From Betaproteobacteria bacterium (GTDB lineage: Bacteria; Pseudomonadota; Gammaproteobacteria; Burkholderiales; Burkholderiaceae_E), in NCBI GenBank assembly GCA_016868375.1, contig VGHA01000004.1, positions 10,081 to 74,080 on the forward strand: a DNA stretch of 64,000 nucleotides, read 5' to 3'. Shown here in pieces: positions 48,301-60,300 of this stretch. The notes beneath the pieces were generated by a model. The model was not told where the DNA came from and searched no databases. It worked only from the letters and a program-made list of their open reading frames with translations. A program made the position numbers and the translations under genes. Each line of letters opens with the position of its first letter. Within the stretch, counting starts at the first letter, position 1.

Positions 48301-51300
48301 TCGAACAGATCGTTGCCGTCGCCCAGATCGACCACCACCTTTTTGACGCCGGTATAGCGGGTCACGAAGCTGTCGAACTCAACGTCGACCACACCATTGC
48401 CCATGCCACTCAGGATCAGGCTTTCGCCGCCATCGGCCGTGTTGAGCCATAGCCGGTCAGCCGCGCGTGAGCCGGCGTTGAGCGTGAGCACACCATTGTT
48501 CATGCTGCCCAGCGTGGGCTTGACGGTGGGCGCCTCGAGGGTGATGGCTGGCAGCGACACCGTAAACAGCTTGAAGGCCATGGTGCCGGTAAGCAGCGTG
48601 TTCACCCAGATATACGGACTGATCCCGCCCTTGAAGGTGAGATCAAACAGGTTGAACGGTCCGCCCGGAATGCCGGTGCTGATGTTGGTGAACGGAATGA
48701 CGCCCGGATAGCGCATCATGGTGGTGACTTCAGACAGACGGATCCGGCCGTCGCCCTGATAGCTCACGCTCGAGATCTGGCCGTTGTCGTCACGAACGAT
48801 CGTGCCCCGCTTGATGTCGTTCAGATCGGCATCGACCTTCATCGAAATCGAGCCGCCGATGCCACCGGACATCACACCGGTGATGCCCACACCACCCAGC
48901 AGACCGATTTCCACCTCAAGGCCGAATTCGGGCTTTTCTTTGCCGCCGGTGCCGGGCACCGCCTTGCCGTTTCGAATCGTGGGCAGCGTCCAGTCGTTGA
49001 CGTAGAAGCTGTCGGCCACATCGAAGAGGTTGCCGCTCTGCATCGCTTTCTGAACGCCGAAGGTGTCGACGCCAAAGGACAGATCGACATAGGCCCGGGC
49101 GCGGCCGACCGCACCGACATTAAGCGAGATCCACGACAGCGGCGGGAACGGAATTGGCACGGTGGCCAGAATTTCCTGGAACACGAATTCGAATTCGAGC
49201 AGCGGCAGCTCATAGGTGAAGAGCGTGGCATTGCCACCCGAGAAGATCTTCGCCCAGTTACCGATATCGAGCAGATACGGCATGAACTGCAGACCCGAGC
49301 GATTGACGTTCTGGGTCTTGCCGCCAGAGGCGAGACTGGTGAGCGAGGCAATCGCGTTGAAGACCGCGTTGTCCTTGCTGTCGGGCTCGGGCATTGCGAA
49401 GTTGCTGACGAACCGCACATCGGAGGTGCCCAGGCCGTAGATGCTGCCAAGCGGCATGCCTGATCCCAGCGCGATCAGTGAACGCAGCTGATCGGGCATG
49501 TCGAGCGCGAACTTGACCGCATCCAGGAACGACCAGTCCATCTTCGGCAGGTTGAGCGAGGGCTTTGCCTTTCTCACCAGCTCGTAGATGACATCCAGGA
49601 GCCCGCGCAGGGTTGGATCGGGATTGAGCCCGAGCAGTTTCCGGGGCGCATCGGTAAAGAGTTCAAGGCCCGGCACCGGCTCGGTAAGCGCATAGACGAT
49701 GTCGCGGAACGGCGAGACAATGTTGGCGATCTTGTCCGCAATCGGCATCAGGAAATCGGCCACCGCCGAACGGAAATCAAGCCGCAGGTTTTCGATCGAG
49801 ATCTTGGGGAAGCGCACGGACTTGTCCGCAAGGCTCCAGTCCCAGCCCATGACCAGATCGGCCTTGAGCGCGGGCAGCCCCAGCGCCGACAGCGACAGCC
49901 CCAGCCGCAGGTCGGCCGCGGCCTTGAAGTCAAGGCCCAGGCGCGAGCTGGGATTGGACAGCAGGTCGGTGAGCGTGAGCCGGTGCTTGGTGGCGTCGCC
50001 CTTGATATCGATGCCGAGTTGGCCGCGCAGGCCGCTTGGCTGGAAGCCTGCGGTGTCAGGATCAAGATCTGTATCGGTGACACCCGCGTTGAAGAACAGC
50101 AGCTTGCCCGAACCCGAGAACGGCGTGATCACCGTCGGATCCTTGGGCGAGCCATCCAGGTAGGCGAGCACATCGAGCCGCAGCTCGGGGGTGGCGTCCG
50201 CGTTGGTGCTGAGGAAGAAGCCGTCATTGACCGACAGGCCGAAACCGAAGTCATAGTTCCAGAGCACTTCGAGCGCAAAGCCGCCATCGACCGACAGGTT
50301 GAAGCCCGGCAGGCTGAGATCCAGCGGAATGTCGATGCCGGTGCCCAGCACGCGGCCGCCCAGGTCCATGTCGACCCGCACCGAATCGGCCTCGCGAGGC
50401 ATCTCAGCGCCAGGCGTCCAGGCCGCGATGCGCGTGCCCGCAACATCATAGAAATCAATCGTGATGTCGCCGAGCGTGACAAGCTTGTCGCCGTTGGCAT
50501 CCTTCAGGATGCCCAACCTGTCGTTGAAGACCGCATAGAGCGCATCGCGCATGATCTCGACAGTCTTGCCAGGCTCGTTCAACCGCGCCCGCAGATCCGA
50601 CAGAAGACCGTTCCGTACCTGGGCAATCATGCCGCCCACCTGGGCGAGCTTGTTGCCCACCAGCGGCAGATCGGCCACCAGCGCATTCTCGAAAACATCC
50701 TGCACCGAGCCCAGCGCGAAATCGACCCCATCGAGCACCGGCGTCGGGTCGTAGAGAACCTCGAGCAGTGACGGCGGCTTGGCGTTGAACACATCGAAGT
50801 CGGGCAGCGTCACGGTGAGTGCGGGCTGCGCCACGCCGTCGACGGTGAGCCGCGGGAAAGCCGGATCGTTGGCAAGCTCGCGAACAAACGCCTCAAGCCC
50901 GCGTGTGCCGTACAGCGGATTGGTGGCCAGACCCAGATCGCCCAGCTTGATGGTGCGCTTACCCACCACGAAGGTCAGCGGCAGATTCACCGAGAAGCCG
51001 CCCTCGGCCGCGATCGCGGGCGCGCCATTCGTGAGCGTGACCGTCAGCGACGCGGGTGCATCGACGGCCGGAGCGTCCTCATCAGCTGCCATCGCGGTGG
51101 CGCCCGCCTGGGCGGCGCCCTCCTCGGCAGCACCCATGGTGCCGGCTGTATCCGCTACGGCCAGCTTGCCGTCGGCATCGAACACCACCGTGCCGCTATC
51201 GATCCCGATGTCGAAGGGGCCGGCCTTCAGCCTGAGATCGATATCGTCGGCCACCAGCCTCGCATCGAGCTTCACTCGCGTGCCCTTGCCAGTCGCGGCG

Positions 51301-54300
51301 TCGTAATCCACCAGCTGTACGGGTGGCGCACCCGTGCCCGGAAGTCCGATGCCAATCCGGAAATCAAGCGCTGCGCCAATCTCAAGACCGATTCGCGCCT
51401 CACCCGACGTGTCCACCAGATCAAAGAGCGCCTCAGGCACCTCGACATTGGGCGCCGCCATCGCGATCAGATCAGCGAGCTTCAGGTTAAGGCCGAAGTC
51501 GCCCGCATACGCCGCCTCGAGATTCACGTCGATGAGAAGCTGCGTGGCACCCAAGGACAGATCGAACAGGTTGGGGCTGATGCCCAGCGCCTCTTCGATG
51601 ATCGCCTCGACCTGGTCGAGCGCGGCCGCGGGGGTGTTGCCCGCCGCCACGATGCGATCGAGGAATGCATCGCCCAGATCAAGGAGCTCGCCCAGCGATT
51701 TGTCGAGCACCGGCAGCGCCTGGTTGTAGAAGGGCTGATTGCCCACCACCTCATCGATCGTGGCGAGCGCAAAGCGCAGGCCCTCAACGATGTCACCGAA
51801 GCTCAGCTTGCTCAGATCGAAGAGCGAACCCACATCGGGCAGCACGACCGTGACATCGGAGGCACCCACGAGGCCGCCTGCGAGCGCTGCCGAGCGGTCA
51901 AAGCCCAGATTACGTTCACCGATCGCACCACTGCTGTCAGCAACACGAACCACCGCAGGCGTCACATTGAACGCACCCGCATCGCCCGCAACCGCTGCCG
52001 TGAGCTTGAGCGTTCCGCCATCGGCCACCGCGGTCACGCGCGCACCCTGCGCCGCGGTAACAAGCGTTGCCAGACGGCCGGCCAGTACCGATGCAAGCGG
52101 CGTGGTGACGTTTGCCGCTGCGATATCGGCTGCCGTGACGGTGTAAGTGAGATCCACCGCAGAGATACCGCCCAGACGCAGCACATCGCCGGCCTTGAAC
52201 GCACCCGTGAGCGGCAGGTCGGTGACCTGCTTTCTCTCCAGCCGCCTGGTGTCATCCAGGCGCGAGATCAGGGTGGGGGTGGATTCAAGCACCGTGACGG
52301 TGCTGAAGCGGGTGAGATCGGGCACGATCAGCGCCAGCTCAAGGTCGGGCGCAATCGAGAAGCTTGCGCCCTGGCCCCCCACCAGTTTCAAGCCGCGCAG
52401 GCTTGCCTCGGCGCTGCCCTGAACATCGAAGCGAACCGCATTCAGCCCCTCGGTCGAGGCCAGCTGCGCGAGCGTAAAGCGCGAGTCGCCAGCGGTCTGC
52501 TGGGTCGGGTCGCGATCGAGCGCGAACTGCACCGACGCATCGAGCGACACACCCGAGTTGGAGCCTGCGCCGCCCGCGGTCAGCCCCATGAATCCGAGCT
52601 TGGCGGCCACCGAGAGATCGGTGACCTTCAGATCAACATCTGCGCGCGCACGCAGCGAATCCAGGGCCACCTGGAAGCGTTCACCGCCCAGCGACAGGAT
52701 CAGATCGAATCCCGCATCGACATCAACATCGAGCTTGCCCTGAGCGCTGGTTGACAGGCTGATCGGCTGATCCTCACCGAAGCCCAGATCGATCGGTGTA
52801 TCAAGGCCAAGCAGGCGTTCGCGCAGCCGCAGCGGAATGCGCAGATCGCCGGTTGCGGCGCTATAGCTGATCGTGCCCAGCACCGGCGAGTCCTTGAAGG
52901 CCTCGTTGAAGGCGGCCACGAACTCATCGATGGTCCGAATGTTTTCGCGCCGCTCATGCACCCGGTATTGCACGCCCGTGCGACCGCTTGAATAGGCGTC
53001 ACGCAGCGTGAGCGTCGACCCATCTGCCGACACCGACACGATCTGCGTGGGCGCAAGCCAGCCGCTTTCATCGCCCGACAAGGTGATCCAGTAGCCGGCC
53101 ATCGATTTGGCGAACTGACCCGGCGCGCCAACCAGCGTCGAGCGGTTGGCATTCGGAATCTGCGCCGTGCCGCTGACCGCCGCCGTCTCGCCGACCGCTG
53201 CCTTCCACAGCTTGATCGGCCGGTAGATGTCGACCTTGTCGACGATCTCGCGCTTGAACACGCCTGCGAGATCGAGCAGACCATCCACGCCCTGCGAGAT
53301 GAACGGCAGATCATCGAGCCCCAGGCTTTCGGCGCTGACGCTCTCCAGGTACGACAGGATGCCCGGCAGCGCGAGCAGGAGGTCGGTGATCGTCATCTTG
53401 CTGATGTTGGTCAGCTGATCGAAGTTCTCCGTTTTCAGCTCGAACTTGCCGGCGAGCGGATCGCCGGTGAGCTTGGCCTTCGGCACCGTGCTGCCAGTGG
53501 CAATCAGATCAAAGCCCGCAACCGATGCGTAGAGCGGCAGCTCCAGATTGAAGCGGCTGGCGGTGGGGGTAAGCGTGAACACGCCGTTTTGCAGCGCCAT
53601 GCGGCCGCCCAGCGCCGCATCGAGGACGCCACGCGCCCAGGGCACCGCGGGCGTGATGATCTTGCCCGTGTCATCAAGCTTCGCGGGCTCGGCATCGCCC
53701 GCCCGGCCGATGCTGAGTGCGATCGGTCCCAGCGTCGCCTTCAGCACGATGTCGCTGGCAGTGAGCGCGCCCGAGAAGCTGAGGTCGTTCAGATTGAACC
53801 TGGCGCTGAAGCCGTCTTTCCAGCCAAGCGACAGATCGAAATCGAGTGCAGCCGAGAAATTCGCATCAAACAGCAGATCGCCTTCGATCTCCAGACCGAT
53901 GCCGCCCAGTTTCGAACCGATATCAAGCTTGAGGTCTTCAACCCGGGCGCTGATCGCGGCCTTCAGGCCCAGCTCGAGTCCGTCCTGGCTCAAATCGAAC
54001 ACCAGACCTTTGCCAGGGAACAGATTGACCTCGGTGACCTGCGCGCTGTTGGCCGTAGCCGCGTCGCGCAGCTTGGTGAACACCAGCTTGTAGTGGCGAT
54101 AGCTGTCGGTGTTGGCAAAGCTCACGGCACGGCTCGCGTTACGCGCCATCGTCAGACCGGTTTCAACGCCCGTGGCGATCGGCACCCAGCCGGTCGTTGC
54201 GCCCCAGGCGGGCGCGGTATCGCTGGCTGCGCCATAGATCGCAATTTCGACGGGATCGCGTTCGGGCGAGTCGTTGCCGGTGGTAAGCGCAAGCGAATCC

Positions 54301-57300
54301 ACCACGGCCGCATCCGACAGGGTAAAGACCAGGCCCGAGCCTTCCTTGTCGAAGTTCAGATACTTGGATGATGGCGAACCATCGATCGCTGCAGCCGCGC
54401 CTTCATTGACCGGCGAGCGGGTCGACGAGGCGGTGACCGCCGTGACCGTGGGGCCCGAGCGGTCGGCATTGGCCCATTCCAGATAGGCCTGCAGGCCGCG
54501 CACGGTGGGCACGCCCTTCACACCGAAGAACTCGACCGGCTGGTTGAGGTAGTCGAGCACCAGATCGCCAACCCGCAGATAGGGCGAGAGCTTGAGGATC
54601 TGATCCAGCGTCTGGTTGATGATCGGAAGCGGCGCGGCGTTGATAAGCTGCGCACGCACGCTGCTCATCTGACCCGCCACGGTGCGAAGCGCCCCGCCGA
54701 TCCGCCCGTCCAGCGAACCATCGAGGTTATCGAGCGCAAAGCGCGTGTCGCCATCGGCTGCAAAGGACACGTCGATGGTGTTGCCGGCCACCGTCACGCT
54801 GCGCTCAATCGGCGCGCCAGTGAAGTTGGCCCCCACCGACACTTCGCCAAACAGCGACTCATTGATGAACGGAATCGGTACCTTGGCCGTGGCATCGAGC
54901 ACGAAGGCAAAGCCTTCGCCAGGCAGCGTTCCGGTGGCGGCCGCGGGCGGCTGCGCAAACAGCCGCGCATCCGCAATATGCATGTATGACTTGCTCTGGA
55001 ACACCCCCTTCACCGTCGGGAACACCACCTTGTAGTGCGTGTAGGCCGTGGTGTTGGCAAAGGTGACGACATTCGCGGCGCCGCGGCCGTTAGCAAGCCC
55101 CGTATTGCCTGAACCCAGCTTCGTCCAGGTGTTGCTGGTCCAGGGGTCGGTCGCATTCGAACCGAACACCTCCCAGGTCTTGGGATCCCACTGCCAGATG
55201 TCGTCGTTGGTGCGCGTGGTAAGCGCAAGCGAGTCAAACACCTGGGGCGCATCGAGCGAGAGCGTGTAGCCCGAGCCAGGCCCGGTCTGGTTCAGATACT
55301 TGGTGGCGGGATCGCCATCGAGCGCGTTCTCCACCATTTCATTGGCGGGCGATTGGCCCGGTGTGCTGGTAAGCCCGCCCGACTGCATTTCAAACAGACG
55401 CGCCTCGGCCAGATGCAGATAGGCCTTGCCCTGATAGAAGTCCTTGATGGTGGGGAACACCACCTTGTAGAAGCGATACGGCGTGTCATTGGCAAAGCTC
55501 ACCACGCTGGAAGACCCGCGCGCATTCGCAAGACCCGTGTTGCCCTCGCCCAGTTTCACCCAGTCGGTGTCACCCCAATCCACGCTGTTGTTCGATCCCC
55601 AGACCTCCCAGGTCTTGGGATCCCACTGCCAGATATCGTCGTTGGTGCGCGAGACCAGCAGCATCGCGTTCATGGGCTTCGCCTGCGGCAGCGCCACGGT
55701 GAAGCCCGAGGTCGGGCCGGCTTTATTCAGATACTTGGTGGCGGGTTTGGCATCGTTGATGCCCGACACGCCTTCGCCCGCGGGCGATTCGCCCGGCGAG
55801 GCGGTGAGCGCGGGTGCCGCAAGCGGCACCACCACGCCCAGACGTCCGTCGATGATGCCGGCGGTCTGGCCGGCAAGCGATACCGTGGCCTCGAGCCCGC
55901 TTGCGCCAATCAGAAGCGCGCCGCCCGGAACCACTTCCAGCGACAGGTCCGCGCGGGCCGACACGATGGGGGCCGAGTCGGCGGCCGCATCGGGCGCGCG
56001 CACCTGAAGCGCCACCGAACCGGCAGCGGCAAGCGTGCGCAGGCGGGAGTCGAGCGAATCGACGATCTCGCCGCGCATGCGAAGCGCGGTCGAGCCTGAG
56101 AGGCCGTCGCCATCGATGTCGCCCTGCGTGAAGTCAGCCGTGAGCCCGGCCAGCTCGCCCGTGGTGGGCCCAAGGTTGAGCGACAGATCAAGACCGCCCG
56201 CGCCCAGCGTGAGGCCCGGAACGCCCTGGAGCGCAACATTCTGTGCGCCCGCATGGAGGCCCACGAAGCTGCCGCCACCGCGAACATCCGACAGGAGCGC
56301 AAGCCCAAGCGATCCGCCTGTCAGCGATACGCCGATGAAATCTTCTTCCGATCCGGCATTGACGCCCAAGCGGACATCGACGTTGCGAGCGGCAATGAGC
56401 GTGGTGCGCATCGAGCGACGCTGGCCGTCGCTCAGCGTGACGGTGCGGCCACCCAGCATCGACAGCGCGAAGCTGCCGCTTGCGGTCACATAGTCGGCAA
56501 TGCTTAAGGCTGCATCAAGCGTAAGCGTAGTGAACTGTCCCGCGTCCACGCTGTAATCCAGCGACACCGTGGCATCGGTGGCAAGGTTGGTCTTTACCGC
56601 AATCGAGCGGTCGATGGTCTCGCCATCCACCTCGGTCACCGAGAAATCAACCACCGCGTCGTTGGCCACACCCGCGCGGCTGCCGATGGCGCGGTTGGTT
56701 TCAAACAGGAGCGAGTTCGCCTCGAGCGTGAAGAGCTCGGCCGGCAACCCCAGCATCTCAGCGCTTACCGACACCGCGTCGACCTCGGCGCGCACCGCAA
56801 GCCAGGCGCGTTTGTCGAAATCGGGCCCATCGAGCGGCCGCATCAGCGCCGCGGCAAGGTTCAGCCCTTCCACCGCAATGCCCTGCACCTGCGCCGAGAC
56901 ATCGGAGGCGCCAATCAGGAAGGCCTGAACAAATTCGGTGCGGCCGGCAACCGTGACATCAAGCGTTTTGCGCGATACGACCACCGAGCCTTCGACGCGC
57001 AGGAAGTTACCCACGCGAACCAGCATGGAGCCGCCCACCTCAAGGACTTCCTCAGTGAAGTCGAGCGTGATCGGCGTACCGGTACCGGGTTTGAGTGTGA
57101 GCGGCGCGGCTTCCCAGTTGATGGTGTTGGTGTTGCGGCCGCCCTGCGGATCGTCGCCAAAGCCGAGGTTCAGATTTACCGCGAGGTTGCTGCCCATCAG
57201 GGCAAGGCCATAGCGCTCAAGACCCACCACGCCGAGCGAGGCGGCGCTGCCCTTTAGCGCAAGGAAGCTTCGGTCATCGTCGACCGAGTCTGCAAAGGCC

Positions 57301-60300
57301 AGCGCGAAGTCGAGATCGGTCAGTTCAAGACCCACCGCCTCGTCGCCCGAACCGGTTGCAATGCGCGCATTGATGTCGGCGCCTGCGAGCACCAGCATCC
57401 GGGCCAGCACCTCCTGGGTCTCGCCGCCCTCGACCAGCGTGGTGACGGTACCGGCTGCCGCCCAGGCTGCGCCATAGCTTGGCACCACCAGCTTGATGGG
57501 CTTGATGTCGGTGCCCGCGAGGCTGCCGCCAAAGCGAACCACCGGGCGATCGCCGTCGGCTTCGGTCGCAACGCTGACCTGCGCGCCGGGCACGGTGTCG
57601 ATCGCTGCGTTGATCGCGTTTTCAATCTGCTGTGCGGTTTCGGTGACGTGGATGTCGCGCGTCAGATACCGCGCACCATCGATCTCGATCACCATGCGGT
57701 ACCAGTTGGCACCCGATGCAGCGCCGGTCATCACCTCGACAACCTGCTGCTCATCGGTGGCATCGGTGAGCGTGACCATCCGCTGGTACTGCTCGAGCTG
57801 AATGCCGCCGGAGAGGCTGAGCATGCCGGCTACCGACACATCAACATCGCCGCTGACACGCAGCAGCTGGCCAAGTTCCGATGACATCGCGAGATCGATC
57901 GTGCTGCCAGTGCCGGTGCGGATCGGATAGGCTTTGCTGCCGGCAAAGTTGATCACGCGCTGGTCAGCGTCCACGCCTGCCGGCAGTCCGCTGACACGAT
58001 TGATTTCCACCTGGAAGCTGCGCGCGGCCAGCGTGACATCGGGGATGCCCACCAGCTCGACTGCGCCCGCCTGCGCGGTCAGCGCCGTCCAGCGAACACC
58101 GTTCAGCGAATTGCCCGCCGAGTCTTTCTGACCCGGCTGCGCGCTGAACAGACCCAGACCGACGTTCACCTCGGTCATCGATACGCCCACCGCCTCGGCA
58201 TTGACCGTGTCGGCATCGATTCGATACGGTCCGTTCAGGCCCGCGAAGGCGTTGATATCGGCTGCGCCGATCGCAAGCGAATCGACCTTGACCTGCGTGC
58301 CATCGTCGATCGTGACGGTGCTGGTGCGCTTCTCGAAGCCCGCGCTGCCGTCCAGATAAACATAGTCACCGATCGCGATCGTAAAGCCCGCGGTCACCGA
58401 CAGCATCTCCTGGTCGGCGCCATCGATCGTCATGGTGCGACTGCGATCGGTGCCCGTGGTGACGTTGACATCGCCGGCCGCGAAATCGATGACCCGACCC
58501 GTGGATTTGTCAGCGAGATTGACCTTCACCGTGGCATCGCGCACCTCGAGCGTGAGGCCGTTGACACCCACCACCGCCACACTGCCCGCTTCGGCTTCGA
58601 CCGCAACCCGTGTGGCAAGCGATGCGCCCGCCACGGCGAGTCGTGCACTGAACACGCCCTCGCCGTCGGCCGCTGCAATCAGCTGGCTGCCATCGGCCGA
58701 CAGCGCCACCGAGCGCCAGGCGCGCGTGCCGGTCTCCAGCACCATCCGCCAGCTTGCACCGCTGTCCTCGCTCACCCAGATACCGCCGGTCTTGCCTTGT
58801 GCCGCAGCAGCAATCACTCGCCCGTTGGCCGACAGCGCTACTGAGGTCCAGGCGCGCGGCGACTGCGTGGCCACCCACTGCCAGTCGGGGCTCGAGGTGT
58901 TGGCGACCCAGATCTGGCCGTCGACTGCGGCCGCCACCAGCGTGGTGCCGCTTTCGCTTGCCGCCACCGCCGCCCAGGCCGTATCCGCCGGCGCATTGCG
59001 GGTGACATCGGTCCAGGCCACCTGATCGCCCGCCATCGGCGAGAGCGACGCGGGCACCGCAGAACGCAGCAGCTGCGCCTCGGCGATCTGCATCGCCTCA
59101 AGCCCTGGCATGCCGCCCTTCACGGTGGGGAACACCACCTTGTAGCTGCGCCAGGCCACATCGTTGGCAAAGCTCAGGAAGCGCGAAGAACCCTGTGTGT
59201 CACCCAGACCGGTGTCACCGGAACCGAGCAGCTCCCAGCCTTCGTCGGTGAACGCCTGCGCCGAATCCGAGCCATACACCTCCCAGGTGGTCGGATCCCA
59301 GGACCAGAGCGGGTTGGAGAGCCGCGACACGAGCAGCAGCGTGTCGAGCGCCTCGGGTTCGGCGAGCGTGACCGCATAGCCCGAGCCATTTGCCTCAAAG
59401 TTGAGATAGTTGGTACCCAGGTTGCCATCAGTGGCCTTGTCGACCGCCTGATCCACGGGCGAGCCGCCCGGCGAACTGAACGGCGCGCGGAACAGCTGCG
59501 CCTCGGCAATCTGCAGGTAAGCTTTGCCGCCCGAGACGCCCTTCACCTCGGGGAATACGATGGCGTAGTGCTTGTAGGGGGTGGTGTTGTCGAACATCAC
59601 CACGCTGGACGAGCCGCGCGCGTCGGCCAGCAGCGTGTCACCCGAGCCCAGCTCGGTCCACACCGCATCGCTCCAGCTTGCGCTCACGTTGGAGCCCAGC
59701 ACGCGCCAGGTCTTGGGATCCCACTGTGCGGGGCCATCCTTGGCGGCGACCAGACGCAGCGCGTTGAACGCCTCGGGGGTGTCAAACGACAGCGTGAAAC
59801 CGCTGTCAGCACCCGCCTGGTTCAGATACTTGGTCGCAGGATTGCGATCGTTGACGTTGCCAATGCCCTGATTGGCAGGCGAGGCGCCAGGCGAGGCGGC
59901 CGTGGTCATGCCAAGCGCCTCGGGCACCACCACCGGTGCGGTGCGGCCCAGTCGCGCTTCAGACAGATGCATATAGCGCTTGCCGCCCACCGCGCCCTTG
60001 GTGTCGGTGAAGACCACCGCGTAATGCTTGTAGGCCGTGTCGTTCGCAAAGCCAACCTGGCTTACCGAGCCGCGTGCATTGCCAAGCCCCGTGGCGCCAG
60101 CGGCCACTTCGGTCCAGGTGCCCAGCGGCCAGACGCCGCTGTTGTCGCCTGAATCATTGGAGGCGAACACCTTGAAGGTTTTCGGATCCCACTGCCAGTT
60201 GTCGTCGTTGGTGCGCGACACCATCGTGAGCGAATTGAACGCGTCTGGCTGGTCGAGCGTGATGACAAAGCCGCTGCCTGGACCGGCGAGATTCAGATAC

